Source of the DNA: Takakia lepidozioides
Taxonomy: Eukaryota > Plantae > Bryophyta
Assembly: GCA_030704615.1 (NCBI GenBank)
Contig: CM060732.1
Span: 29,822,001 to 29,886,000, forward strand
DNA length: 64,000 nucleotides
Direction of reading: 5' to 3'
Part shown: positions 24,157 to 36,560 of the stretch, piece after piece
How the letters are laid out: each line of letters starts with the position of its first letter
Numbering within the stretch: the first letter of the stretch is position 1
Made by a program: the position numbers and the translations under genes
Notes under the pieces: generated by a model
Database searches by the model: none
What the model saw: only the letters and a program-made list of their open reading frames with translations
What the model was told of the DNA's origin: nothing

Positions 24157-24173
24157 TTACCCCTTCCCCCCTC
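24157..24173 (-). promoter_or_regulatory. Polypurine tract
   Basis: GAGGGGGGAAGGGGTAA immediately upstream of the 3' LTR. Confidence 0.9.
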
Positions 24174-24193
24174 AAAAGCCGTGTCCTCACGGT

Positions 24194-27100
24194 TTACTGT
24201 TTCCGAGTAGCAAACCTTTGTGAGTGAGCACCTTGTTGACGTTGAGAGTTTCGTGGTGGGCTGTGTGTACGAGCCCGAGGTCTGTCTCTGGTTGATGGAG
24301 ATGGTTGATCACTACCTGGATAAGTGAGGCCTTCTGGAGGCTGATATCGAGGTAATCTTTCCGGCATAGGAGATCCCCTTTGTTTCTTCTCTTCCATCTG
24401 AATTGCATAGTCTTCTCCCATGTCAAAAGAATTGTGTGAAGAAACAGTTGTATCAGAATCCTCATCGCCTCTCAGGTGTTTTAATTTTCGAACTTTTTGT
24501 GGAATCATCTGGGGCATACAATGCTGTCCTACCATGTCTGGAAGTTTGTATTTTACAACTTGGTGTAACCGCTGAACAGCAAAATTGGTGTAGGCACTGA
24601 GCTCCTTGTCTGTCCAGATGAGTGGGGTACCAATTACTGGTGCAGCGTGCAAGTACTTCCATGCCACATGTCCCTTATAGAAATGTCATCAAGTCCGAAT
24701 TTCTGTGTTGACAATTGGTTGCAGGCTGCTTGAAACCATGAACGAATTTGAGAATCCTTCTGCATCATAACTTTTGGTCATATAGGTACATATGAGGTGG
24801 CACCGAAGGTAATACCCAATGATCTCCACTGGAGTAACTTTGAAAGCGTGTTTGCATCTTTTGTTGCTCAATGTGGTAACGTACCAGAAAACAAGCAGCG
24901 TAGTATAGCCCGCACCCCATGACAATACTTGCTATCTCCTTGGTCTTGGTATAAATGAGTCCATGTACAACCTGGAAAGCAACCAATTCCCTCAACATGG
25001 TACCTGCCTCGTGCCAGTATTGTGCAAAGTGATGATCTTCAATATGTCGATTGTTTGGAAGAACTTTAGTCCTAGTTGCCACTGGCAGCCAAATACGCAT
25101 GATTTGGTAGTAATGTGCGAATGACTGCGGAGGACTAAATTCTTTCCAAGCCAAATCCAACATGATGGGAATTTGGTTGAAGGGCATAAGCATAGCCCTA
25201 CTGTACTCCCTTGCAGCTGGAGTTTTAGGTGGGTTAAAAGCGGCATTGCCCCATACCTCCGGCTGTGGTGGCTGTGGTGTGGTTGTAGTAACCACAGGTT
25301 CAGCTATTGGTACAGTGACCTGTTGTGGTGGTGGTGGTACTGGCTCCTGTATCATTGGCATCTCCTGCACCTCCTGTGAAGACTGAAAAGCCAGAGTTCT
25401 GGCTTGCAAATAAGAAGCCATTAGCTGTTCCTGAGGGATATAGACTCTTTGGTCGATGTTTGAAGTGAGGTCTTCCACTTGAGTCTGGAGTCCGTCTACA
25501 TCCTCTTGTAACTCTGCTATCCTACTATAGACATTGTCTATAGTAGTTGTGGCAATGTTCTGCACCTGCAGTCTGAGCTCATTCATCTCGCTTTGGGTGA
25601 GCTTCCGTGGGCTTTTGCCCTCTACTGGCCCTTGTGCTAACCAGACCTGCATAAGGCTGTTATCCACCAAGCTGCTTGTGGTTCCCCTGAGAGTTTGCTC
25701 TTCTCTTAGCTTGTACAATTCCAACTGCTGTTGTAAAGCCTCCATGCGCTTCGCCTGTGGCTCAACCAATTGCGCATAGGCAGCAAGTAGATTATTGGCT
25801 TCCTTCGAAGCCTTGTTACTGACCGCGATTTCATTTCTATTGGCCACGATGGTTTGTTGCAACTCCACGATGTGTTTCTCTTGATCAGCTTCCCTCTGCC
25901 TGTATTGCTTGAAAGTATCTTCATGGCGACAGATTGTATTCTTCATATCGACAATGAGCTTCATTTGCTCAACATTCTCTTCTTCTGCCTTCGTACATTT
26001 TTCCGCTTGACTGTTTATTTCTTTTGTTGATTGGTCAAGCATAGTTGTAAATGTAGCACATTGTATCGCCATCCTGTTATGCACTGTCTGCAACTCCGTA
26101 TGTAGTGCATTCAGTTCTTGCAACTTGCTTTCATGCTGCACCTGCATTTGGTATAGCTGTTGCTTATGTGCTTCGTGCAACTGGTCTTGCGCGAGGCCTG
26201 CCTCAATCAATTGTTGCTTGGCCAACTGCAAAGCCATTTCTGTATTGCCCAAGTCCTGCTTCATCTTGAGAGTGACCTCTTCATCGACCTTGTTTGCACA
26301 CTCAGTGGCAAGTCGAGCCTCAAACTCCTTCCTGAGTTCCTCTTTCAAGGCTGTCAATTGGGTAATTGGAACATGGGATTTGACATAAGTCCCCAACAAA
26401 TTAAGTGTCCTGCCTATGGAACTCATCAGCATTGCCTGTTGAGGGTCATCATGGTGAGGTTGCTGCTGTTCCTCCCGATCTTCAACAGTATGATGTCTCA
26501 CTAACCATTCAGGCCATTGTCCCACCGGATTTTCTTCCTGAACTACTTCATCTATGACTGGTGTTACAGTGTCATGACCTTCCGCCTGTGGTACCTCCAA
26601 CACAGGTGTGTGCATTATATGCACCTCAGGATTTCCCTTGGGCAACTGTTGCACCTCTGGGATTTCTGTCTCCTTGACCAGACCAGAATATTCATAGAGA
26701 AGGTCCCCTTTCTCTATTTCTGCCACTATCTGTTCTGTAGTTGGAATCTCTATCCTTCACTTTCCAAATCAATTATTTCGGGTTGAGCTGCATGGATAAC
26801 TTGTGACCTTGTGACAAGTCGTTCAAGTGGCTGTGTTGGCTGTGATGCAGAAGTAACTTCCTCCTCCCTCTCTGAAGGTCCTGCTTCCAGTAATAACATT
26901 CTTTTGTGCTGCTGTGCCCCTTCCTGGTCATGAGCTTGGGAAACATTATCATGCGGAATCCGTGAAGCCAGTGGATCCGCCACTACAGTCTTTCCCCTTC
27001 TCTGCCTCTTAGTCTCGGGTTGTGCTGCTAGTCCACCCTCACTGTGTGAAGAGCCTTGCTCTTCCATTGCAGTTGTTTCTGGCTCAAACACTCCCATTTC

Positions 27101-28035
27101 CTTCCTTTCTTGTGCATTAAGTATGCCAGAATTAAGGATTATTTGAGCAATGATTGGGCCAGACACTATGATAGGAGACTTTGCGGTAGTACCTTGTAAT
27201 CTTTTCATCTCCTCTACTAGTGCGTTGTACATTATGTCCGCCCATTGTACCTCTTGTCCCTTCAGGCCTTTGAGTATTTCCTCTGTGAAGGATCTGCTCA
27301 AATATTGTTGGTTCTGTTTCAGGGCAAACAGAACGTTCAATACCTGGCCTATCTCTTTTAACCCTGGGTACACAGCTTTGGTACAAGCATAACCCTGAGT
27401 TTTAAAGAAACTCCCTTCTTGGAATAAGTCCCCTATTTGCAGTCTTGCCCTGTGTTCCCCACATGCACCTGACCTGCTGGCAATCGAAACAATTGCTGGA
27501 GGTATAGGGGAGTAATCATTAATTCAACTCCCTTCACCGTTGTTGTTCCTGTCCTTGGCTCAAAGTTCTGCAAAAATTGTAACATGTACTGTCTATGGTG
27601 TAGTGTCCAATCTAGGCTTTGCAATCCTTCCAATCTCAGCTCCTCCAGTATCTTTATCGCCTGTGGGGTAGCCATCGTTTGTTTCTGCAGAATTGTGGTG
27701 CTCTTCACCCTGATTTCCTCCATTCCTCTCACTCTCTTCATCTTAGACTCACAGAACTGCTTTGGCTGTAACAACTGCAGGAATGCCTGTAGTGCACAAA
27801 GCAGAAACGTATGGTTGCCGCAGAAAGCTATGGGTAATCTCTTGTAAGCCTGCGGGGCTTGCAAGCATTGTTCAAGAGAAAAGCTCTGCTCTTTCGTTTC
27901 GTGTCTATGCCATTGCGTAAGTAATATTGCGAGCGTATAGTCTGTTAGTTCCTCCATAGTTTCCAAGTTATAGCATTTATGGCCTGTCCTGTCGAGACGC
28001 CCGTTACTCAGAACGACGCCGCCTCTTGCGCTCAA
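24194..28035 (-). CDS. Extra sense ORF 3' of pol (ORF3, ~1250 aa when joined; coiled-coil), frameshifted in this copy
   Basis: ORFs 27433-28035, 26750-27373, 24765-26726 and 24194-24667. The first three are contiguous in the second copy (58252-60273). Q/E/L-rich heptad region. Confidence 0.8.
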
Positions 28036-28419
28036 TTTTCTCCATTTTCTTGATCATTTCTCTGGTTTTCTATTGGCTGTAACCGCTGTGACGTGATTTT
28101 AGATTTCATTTTCTTTAGTGGACTTTCCCTGTTGGATAGTCCACTAGGATCACACATGCGACATGAATTCAGCTTTTCTGTACTTGCCGTTCGTTCTGTT
28201 TCCCTTTTTCCGTATTCATTAATGGGCCCGCCTTTCATCCCATTTGACGGCCGTTCTTTTCCTCTTTCTTTTTGACACCTGTCCTTGCACTTCATTCTCT
28301 GCTGTGTGTCGCACCCTGACCTCCACGTGTCTATTTTTAAAGTAATTTCCGTTTCTCTTCCGTCATCCATTTTCCTGAAGTTTTATGTGTCCACTTGTCA
28401 CTGATTCTATGGATCGTGT

Positions 28420-28720
28420 AACTTTAGTAGGCTGTGTTGAGCTGTGACAGGCTGTGTCATACTGTGTTTCGCTGTGATAGGCTGTGATGCACTGTGGTAA
28501 GCTGTGATAGGCTGTGATGCCTGTGGTAAGCTGTGATAGGCTGTGACACGCTGTGGTAGGTTGTGATAGGCTGTGTCACGTCGTGATGGGCTGTGGTTGG
28601 CTGTGTCACGTCGTGATGGGCTGTGGTAGGCTGTGTCACATCGTGATGGGCTGTGGTTGGCTGTGTTGCGCCTTGCTGGGCTGTGGTTGGCTGTGTCACG
28701 TGGGCTGGTGTATAGGCTGT
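28420..28720. repeat. GCTGTG-based ~20/30-bp minisatellite between pol and ORF3
   Basis: gctgtgataggctgtg.. units; also at 47240-47450 and 60670-60880. Confidence 0.85.
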
Positions 28721-31700
28721 GCTGTGGCCTCGTATATGCTGGGCCTAGCAACAAGTGTTCCATACTCCGTTCGTAACACTGGTGCAGCCCGTGACTGTTC
28801 TTGCGGTTCTATATGCAAATCATGCTGCAGGGGTTTGTCATGGATACCACTGTAACCCTTCAACTTATTTGCATTGACTCTTCCCAGCATTTCTTTGTTA
28901 ATGGTTTGTAACATAGCGGTGTTGTTATCATACATCTTTTGTATGACATAAGGTCCTTTCCACGGTGATTTAAGCTTAGAAGCTTGAATCTTTCCTTTCT
29001 TCTGCAACCATAGAACCAAATCCCCCGTCTTAAAAGTCTTTAATTTGCCTTCATCAAACTGTTCCTTTCGCTTCATCTGAATTCTGGTCATATTATCAGC
29101 TGCATCAGCACGTACTTCTTCCACATGGTATAATTCATGTTTCCTGACCTTGATGGAGTCTTGCAATTCCATTCTTTTTCCCCACTCCGTTCTCATGGTA
29201 GGTAACAGGAATTCCACTGGAAGTAAGGCTTCCATACCATAAACTAATTGGAATGGTGTATATTTAGTGGTGACTTTATATGAAGTCCTGTATGACCACA
29301 AAGCTGTCAGCAGCTTTGTATCCCAATCCGTTCTGTTTGCATTGACTATCTTAGCCAAGATAGTACATAGTATTTTGTTGGTAGCCTCTGCCTGCCCATT
29401 ACCCTGTGGGTAATATGTTGTACTCTTTCTATGCACAATCATAAACTCTTTAGTCAACAACTCAATGGTCTCATTCATGAAGTGACTTCCTTGATCACTG
29501 ATAAATTCTAAGGGACATCCAAATCGTGTAAGTATGTTCTCGTACAGGAACCTTGCTGTGGACTTGGCTGTGTTGTCCCTCAAAGCTTTAGCTTCCACCC
29601 ACTTTGTAGTATAATCAGTGGCTGTAATTATGTACCTGTTTCGTGTATTCTTGGATGGTGGATTAATTGGTCCAACAAAGTCTAGTCCCCATTTCTGAAA
29701 TGGTTCCGTAGGCATTGTAGGATGCAAGGCCATTCTTCCAGATCTCTGCAAAGGTCCTAGCCTCTGACATTCATCACACTTCTGACAATACTCATGTACA
29801 TCTTTGAACAAAGTAGGCCACCAGTATCCTGCGAGTAGTATCTTTCTACTGGTAGTCTCTTCTCCAAAATGACCTCCAGCCACTCCTTTATGAACTTCCT
29901 CCAAGACTTTATTTACTTCATGGTGGTACAAGCATCGTTTTAGTACTCCATCAGGTCCTAACTTATACATTCTGCTTCCTACCATAGTATAAGGATAAAG
30001 CTTGATAGCAATTCTCTTCCTCTGCTCCTTACCATAACTAGGTGGGCACTGACCATGAGCAAGGTAGTATCTGATTGGCCACTGCCAATCTAACCATTCA
30101 TCTGCACTTCCTTGCACCTCCATTACAAATAAACTCGCATCAGGTAACTGATCGTCCACTCCTGTGGCGGCCTCTCCTGTTGTTAGTCGTGACAAATGAT
30201 CTGCCACAAGATGCAAACGGCCAGGCTTGTAAATAACCTCGAACTCAAACTCATGCAAGATTATTAACCACCTCGCTATCCTTCCACTTATCAAAGGTTT
30301 GTTCACCAGATATATCAGAGCCTGGTGATCCACATAAAACATAAACTTTCTTCCCAATAGGTAATGCCTGAATTTCTTGACTGCATAAATCATTGCCAAT
30401 GCTTCTCTTTCCGTTGTACTATAGTTCCTCTCAGCACTGTTCATCAATCGGCTAGCATAGTACACAGGTGAATCTATATTTCCTGTAACATTCTGGGCTA
30501 ACACCGCACCCAACGCTTCTCCTGATGCATCGCAGTGAACATGAAATACTACATGCCAGTGAGGGTTAATCAGCACAGGTGTAGTTGTTACTGACAGTGT
30601 AAGTTCCTCAAACGCCTGTTGACATTCAGCTGTCCAGGCAAACACTGCATCTTTCTTCAGAAGCTTGCTCAATGGTGCTGCTATTTGTGCATACCTTTTG
30701 ACAAATCTTCTGTAATAACTGGTTTGCCCAAGGAATCTCCTTAAACTCTTAACATTCACTGTGGTGGAGAGACTTTAATGGACTCTGTCTTCCTGGGATC
30801 CACAAGAAGTCCCTTCTTACACACAATGTGTCCCAGAAGCACCCCTGAGTTCACACAGAAAGTACACTTCTCTGGATTCAAGCCCAGACCTCTCATCCTG
30901 CATCTGGCCAGGCATAACTCCAATTTATGCAAGTGCTCATTCTTAGAGCTGTACACACTGAAATCATCCAAAACACCTGCATGAAATCATCCAGATACTC
31001 ATGAAAAGATTCACTTATCACTCTCTGAAAGGTCGCTGGTGCATTACAAAGTCCAAAGGGCATGACTTTGTATGCATAAGCCCCCCAGTCTGTGATGAAA
31101 GCTGTTTTCCCTTGGTCTTCTTCTGCCACTTGCACTTGATTATAACCACTGAAGCCATCCATGAATGAGTACATCTCATGGCCTGCCACAGTGTCTAATA
31201 CTGCTTCTGTGAATGGCAAAGGGAAAGGATCTTTCTTCGTACAAGCATTCAGCTTCTTATAGTTCACACATACTCTTAGCTTGCCATTCTTCTTTGGAAC
31301 TATAACAATGGGTGACAACCAAGTTGTATACTCTATTGGGTATATAAACTTAGCCTCAGCCAACTTCTTTATCTCTTCTCCAACCTTCTGTGCGTAGTTG
31401 GGATTCATTCTATACCTCGCCTGCTTGATTGGTACTGACCCTGGTTCCAGTTCAATCTTATGCTGACAGACTTCAGGTGGTATCCCTTTTAGATCCTCAT
31501 AGCTCCAAGCAAATACATCTCTGTATTTGATGAACAAGCTTTTAGCTTCTTCGAAGAATTCCGGCTCCAAATCAGCTCCTACTTTCACCATTCTCGGTTC
31601 CTCCTGAGTTCCCACATTTACTTCTCTCACCTGCTCATCAGCTGTGATTGTCCAACCAGTCACCACTTCATCCTTTAAGCTCACAGTGGCTGGTTCTTCT

Positions 31701-32881
31701 AGGATTTCTATCTCTCCCTCCTTTTCTTCATAGAAATGTGGCGGGTAACAGTTGGTTTCCTCTTCATTGGTGTTGCCGACACTACACCACAGCAGATACC
31801 TCTTAAACAACTTAGGCTTTCCAGCCGCATCTCGCAACCTGCTCCCATTCTGGGTGTGCAGCAAATAGGGTAGCTTCCTGCTCCTCATCCAGTCCTCCTC
31901 TCCAGTCATACTCTCTGACTCCTCGAGGTCTTCTTGTAGCAGGTAATCTACTAGATTTCTTTGTGGTAATTTGTATCTCGTGCATCCCATTATGCACAGT
32001 TAGTAACTGAGAATTCCAGTCATGGAATACCCTGGCCTGTTTCAGCCACGGACGTCCCAATAATAAGGAGTAAGCCTCCATGACTTCATCCATTTTTAAT
32101 ACAGTTACTGTGATCATAAAGATCATTTTCTGTATCTGTATCTTAACTCCTCTTATTAATCCCAATGGCTGTACACTTCTTTGATCTGCCATTGTTACTG
32201 TAAATGGGGCTGGTTTCATGTTACTTAGACCAAGCTTTTCCTTAATTGGTCTGTCATGATATTTACTCCAGAACCACCATCTATCAGTACATCAGTTAGT
32301 TCTGTGCTTCCAATTCTCAATTGGATTACTGGCATAGAATCATCAAAGTCCATGACTGGTTCTCGCCCTTCCGGCTTCACATTATAACTGGTCACCTTGC
32401 TGTTCAGGTCTGTGTTTCCTGTCTCTTGGGCAATTCGATTGATTGCTTGATACAGCCTGTGCCTACAATAAGGTGCCACAGCTAATAGCTGTCCAATGGT
32501 AATTTCTGCTTTGGTCTGACATATTACTGCAGCCAAAGTCTCTTCATTACTTTGCATGTCTGCATCTTCTTTTTTCCTTTCTTCCTCACTCCCTTCTTTT
32601 TCTCCATCCGAATCAGAGGAATCTGCCACAGGAATATCAGTACTCTTTTGCATTTCCCTTATAGTATCTGCCACTTCCTTGTGCAGTTCCTTCTCATCTT
32701 TCCAAGTCTCTTCATCTTCAGGCATATCATTGCCACTTCCATTCTCATCTTCTTCCTCTTCTACTGGAGGTATTAGTTTGGCTTTACTTCTTGTTACTAT
32801 CATTGTACTTACTTCTGGTACAACACATGGCCTAACCATGTGAGCTGCCACCACTGGGCCCTCATTCACAGGAGCTCTCAT
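28696..32881 (-). CDS. pol: pol: aspartic protease, reverse transcriptase, RNase H, integrase (several 1-nt frameshifts)
   Basis: LIDGGSGVNIM; FAWSYEDLKG..WLSPIVIVPKKNGKLRVCVNY..MDGFSGYNQ..MPFGLCNAPATFQR..DDF; HCDAS..NYSTTEREAL..DHQAL; H..GGHF..C..CDEC, WGLDFVGP, SDQGSHF, QGNGQAE, GPY. Confidence 0.95.
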
Positions 32882-32895
32882 CTCATTCTGGTGTC

Positions 32896-34674
32896 TTATC
32901 CAGAATGAACAGGCTGCCTTGCGATGTCCTGGCTGATTACAATAGTAACATAGCTCTTCACCATTGGGTCCTCGCCCTTGGTCTGTTCTTGGATTATTTC
33001 TATAATCCTGATTCCCGGGCTGGTAATTCCCCCTTGGATTACCCTGATAGTTGCCTCTGGAATTTCCTTGGTAATTCCCTCTTGAATTACCTCTCCTTCC
33101 ATGCCATTGTTATAACCACCAGACCTACCATAGTGGTCCTGATCATTATTTCTTCTTGGCTGGGGCTGCACCTGATGCACCCTTACTTGCCTAGGTTCTC
33201 TTGCAGCTGTCCTTCTGTTGTAGTAACAATTCTCAGTAGAATGGTTATCCATTTTACAGATAGTACAGTGTTTCTCCTTCATGTGGCATTCTGTGGTGGT
33301 ATGGCCTTCATTCTGGCACTTTGCACACCATACACCCTTCCTCCAATGTGTTGCAGCCTCTGTGGCATACTTCTTCAAGATTTCTTCCAATTTTTTTTCA
33401 TAGTTATCCCTCTTCAACTTCTCCTTTCTCTTACTCTTTCTTTTTAGTTCTTGCTCTTCTTCTTCATCTGACTCATCCTCAGAGTCCTCATCTTCTTTTT
33501 TCTCTCTCCTGAGCATTCCCAATTGCTCAATTCTGTTCGCAGTTTCAAATGCCTCCTCCACTGTATTATGGGGTAACATATCCACTTTCTTTTGCAACTC
33601 TGGTCTTAGTCCACTCACAAACCAAGTCTTCTGTAAACCGGGCGCTGGTACTGCAGCCAGCTTTTTCATCATCAATTCCATCTTCTCCATATACTCTTCA
33701 ACAGTTTCATGCTTCTTCTGCTTCAGCTGTTGTAAACTTCCATACACTTCATCCTCAGTTTTACTTGTCCTGAACCTATTTCGAAATGCTGTATTCAAGC
33801 CATTCCAGGTTAGGAAATGATTATCAGGGAATCTTGCATACCATTCACTTGCTTTCTTGATAAGTGAACAAGGAAACAGTCTCATCTTGGCATCATCGCC
33901 ATTCTCATTGTTCACTATACACATGTGCTCAAATTGGCTAATGTGTACATCGGGATCCCCTTTTCCTGAATATATTGGAAAGGGTGGTTTTGCCCGTGTT
34001 GGTTGTAACGCCATCTGTGGCCCTACCTTCTGCCCACTGACAGGTGCTGGCACCCTTGCTGGTGCTGGTCCTTCTGGACCTGTTGTTTTTGTGGTGGATC
34101 TTCCACCAAGTGGTGGCCCTTGAGCACTCCTTGCTTCTGGCCCCACGATATTCACAGTATTCCCAGCTTCAGTTGCACTACTTCCCACACTCCCTGTCCC
34201 CCCAGAGCCAGATCCAGGCAGCCCGCCTGATCCCCCTGAGCCGACACCTTCGTTGGCCTGTGATCCAAGTGCTCCACTTGATCCAGGTCCAACGGGTTGG
34301 GATGTCCTGGTTGTAGTCTCAACCTCAGCTGTTGGGTCTACTTCTTCATATTCTTCCTCTTCTAATTTCTTCTCTCTGTTTTCATCCTCCAAGTTCTGCC
34401 CTTGGGTTTCTTCTTCACTCATGTAACTCAACTGTAATGGTGTTGGAGAGTCTGAACTCTCCGTTGGCTCTGCCACATCCTCTTCTCCTTCTTCACCTTC
34501 TGCTTCAGAAACTGGAGTTCCTGCTTTTGGTGTTCCATGCCAACTCTTATCAAAGATTTCTGTCAAGTCTTTTATCCAAGGATGTACCTCAGATCTTTCA
34601 CCTCGTGATTGATCTTCTTCCTGTACCAATTCCCTTAATCTTTCTTGCAAAGAAACAGAAGGAGTGGCATCCAA
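32896..34674 (-). CDS. gag: gag with retrotransposon capsid domain and three CCHC-type knuckles
   Basis: PPFPIYSGKGDPDVHISQF..FPCSLIKKASEWYA..LQQLKQKKHETVEEY; CAKCQNEGHTTTEC, CTICKMDNHSTENC and, after a frameshift, CYYCNQPGHRKAAC. Confidence 0.92.
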   Translation of the reverse strand: MDATPSVSLQERLRELVQEEDQSRGERSEVHPWIKDLTEIFDKSWHGTPKAGTPVSEAEGEEGEEDVAEPTESSDSPTPLQLSYMSEEETQGQNLEDENREKKLEEEEYEEVDPTAEVETTTRTSQPVGPGSSGALGSQANEGVGSGGSGGLPGSGSGGTGSVGSSATEAGNTVNIVGPEARSAQGPPLGGRSTTKTTGPEGPAPARVPAPVSGQKVGPQMALQPTRAKPPFPIYSGKGDPDVHISQFEHMCIVNNENGDDAKMRLFPCSLIKKASEWYARFPDNHFLTWNGLNTAFRNRFRTSKTEDEVYGSLQQLKQKKHETVEEYMEKMELMMKKLAAVPAPGLQKTWFVSGLRPELQKKVDMLPHNTVEEAFETANRIEQLGMLRREKKEDEDSEDESDEEEEQELKRKSKRKEKLKRDNYEKKLEEILKKYATEAATHWRKGVWCAKCQNEGHTTTECHMKEKHCTICKMDNHSTENCYYNRRTAAREPRQVRVHQVQPQPRRNNDQDHYGRSGGYNNGMEGEVIQEGITKEIPEATIRVIQGGITSPGIRIIEIIQEQTKGEDPMVKSYVTIVISQDIARQPVHSG

Positions 34675-34865
34675 CTCTAGTTCTTCCGGTATAGGTGATG
34701 CACTTTTTGATCTTGATGGTGTGAGAGGTCCAGATGATTCCCCTATGTCTATTCCTCTCTCCCAAAGATATGGATAATTAGCTTTCAGATAGCTTTCTCT
34801 TTTTGATGAATATCTTGTCGTCTAGCTTCTCTTTCATCACTCATGTCCCATGTCTTTCATTTCTT

Positions 34866-35561
34866 TTAATGTGGCAATAACCAAAACTCTCTTCTGTAAT
34901 ATCTCTCGTATATGCCTGGGTTTCTTTCAAGCTTCAATGCACCCTTGGCTATACTTGAAGTCTCCGTTACCATATAACCATATGGCAAACAAGTCTGAAA
35001 AGCTGTTCTTGGTGTGAGTTTGATCCACAAAATATCCTTTGGAATCCAATTCTTTACCAGTACAAGCTCTTCATGCATATGAGTATAAACATTCACCTTT
35101 CTTTCTTCCCAGCCTTCAAACTCTACTCGTTTAATGGATAGCAACGCTATCACATAAACTAATGTTGGTAACCAACGTGCTCTTCCTCTACAGGCTACCT
35201 GATAAATCTTTATCACTCCTTTCTCCAGACCCCATTCTGGATCAGCATCATGCACTCGTTTAAGAATATTTTCTTTACATCCGTCTGGCAATTCCAAGAA
35301 CCTTTGAAAGAATTGTTTGGACAATCTTTCTTCCTTCGTTCCACAGGGAATTTGATTCACTTCAAATTCTTTAATGGTCCAACCACCATGATCCCACCAG
35401 ATGCCTGTCACATCTGGTTGTTCATGTCCCAGGTCCCCAGTATGGTCGCCAAATGTCGCGCGGCTTTTACTCACCCATCCCTTCGCTATCCGAGGCGGAA
35501 ACTCCAAGATAGAAGAGTTGGAAATCTCTAAGTACTCAGCCCGCGCAGAACAATCAGTCAT
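34866..35561 (-). CDS. Extra upstream ORF (ORF0, 231 aa) starting in the LTR and reading through the PBS; function unknown
   Basis: Open 231-codon frame. The peptide is conserved with many third-position changes in the diverged copy at 36556-37216. Confidence 0.6.
   Translation of the reverse strand: MTDCSARAEYLEISNSSILEFPPRIAKGWVSKSRATFGDHTGDLGHEQPDVTGIWWDHGGWTIKEFEVNQIPCGTKEERLSKQFFQRFLELPDGCKENILKRVHDADPEWGLEKGVIKIYQVACRGRARWLPTLVYVIALLSIKRVEFEGWEERKVNVYTHMHEELVLVKNWIPKDILWIKLTPRTAFQTCLPYGYMVTETSSIAKGALKLERNPGIYERYYRREFWLLPH
35435..35451 (-). promoter_or_regulatory. Primer binding site (probably tRNA-Arg)
   Basis: TGGCGACCATACTGGGG 2 nt after the 5' LTR; the same sequence is at 36641-36657 (+). 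Confidence 0.8.
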
Positions 35562-36555
35562 GACCTACAGCTAGTGTATCATGGGGGTGTTTCCTATGCG
35601 TTTCCCTTTTCGCATTCATCTTAGCTACCTTACCATTGATAATTAAGTATCAGTTTGCTTCATCAATCTATCGGTTTCCTTCACTCACCATTCAATCCAC
35701 AGCTTCACTCAGATCTCTCTACACAGTGTGATTGTATCGTATAAGTATCAGATTATGATTTATCAGGTATCAGGCCGAAGCCATTATGTCTCTAATCTGC
35801 TCTCCAATATCACTACAGCTTTGCATATAACAAGCATCTACTAATCCTCTTTCTCCTTCATCGTGCTCTCCATCTCTTGCCTCCGATCTCCGCTCCTGCC
35901 TGACTCCGAAGTCCTCTCCCGAATAATGATGATCATGATGATGATCCCCCTTCATTCCCCGTTTCTCCCTTTATCCTCCTATCCGCGGTTCTAACCGTTT
36001 CCCTCTCTAACCGTCGTATGTGAACTAACATGTTCCCTTCACAGGTGTTGTTCCCCACAGTCGTTCCCTGTCCTACTCTTCGTTCCCTATTATCGTGACA
36101 GCTGTGTCAAGCGGTGACTGGCTGTGTTTGGCTGTGTCGGGCTGTGACTGGCTGTGTGGGCTGTGTCTGCTGTGACGACTGTGAGGGGCTGTGTGGGCTG
36201 TGTTGGCTGTGTGGGCTGTGACGACTGTGACGGGCTGTGTGGGCTGTGTCGGCTGTGTGGGCTGTGACGACTGTGACGGGCTGTGTGGGTTGTGTCGGCT
36301 GTGTGGCTGTGTGACGACTGTGACGGGCTGTGTGGGCTGTGACGACTGTGACGGGCTGTGTTGGCTGTGTGGCCTGTGACTGCTGTGTCGGCTGTGTGGG
36401 CTGTGAATGCTGTGTCGGCTGTGTGGGCTATGTAACCCCCCTCTACAGTGCGCTGCTGTCACCCCTAAGGCTCCTGTTGGTCTCAGTCTGTGCAAAAATT
36501 AAGGGTACCCTACAGATCCCGTATAAGTGTCTAAGTCCCCTACAGTCCTCTAACA
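35454..36555 (-). repeat. 5' LTR of family-A element (1102 bp)
   Basis: Matches 23165-24156 except for a few SNPs/indels and a longer CACAGC tract. Confidence 0.95.
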
Positions 36556-36560
36556 AGTAC

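Larger units (their letters stand above)
23165..36555 (-). mobile_element. Full-length non-chromovirus Ty3/gypsy LTR retrotransposon (family A, 13.4 kb)
   Basis: Two near-identical TG..CA LTRs, 5-bp TSD AGTAC (23160-23164 and 36556-36560), PBS, PPT and gag-PR-RT-RH-INT order. Confidence 0.97.

Noticed and set aside
23821-24227. His/Ser- or Cys/Val-rich ORFs in the LTRs (also 36073-36495, 56016-56333)
   Set aside because: Translations of the CACAGC repeat.
24194-28035. True retroviral env gene
   Set aside because: No evident signal peptide, fusion peptide or transmembrane anchor.
28696-34674. Programmed ribosomal frameshifts in gag-pol
   Set aside because: The shifts are numerous, fall inside conserved domains and differ between copies. 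They are more likely long-read indel errors or decay; indel density rises near contig ends (49-51 kb, 62-64 kb).
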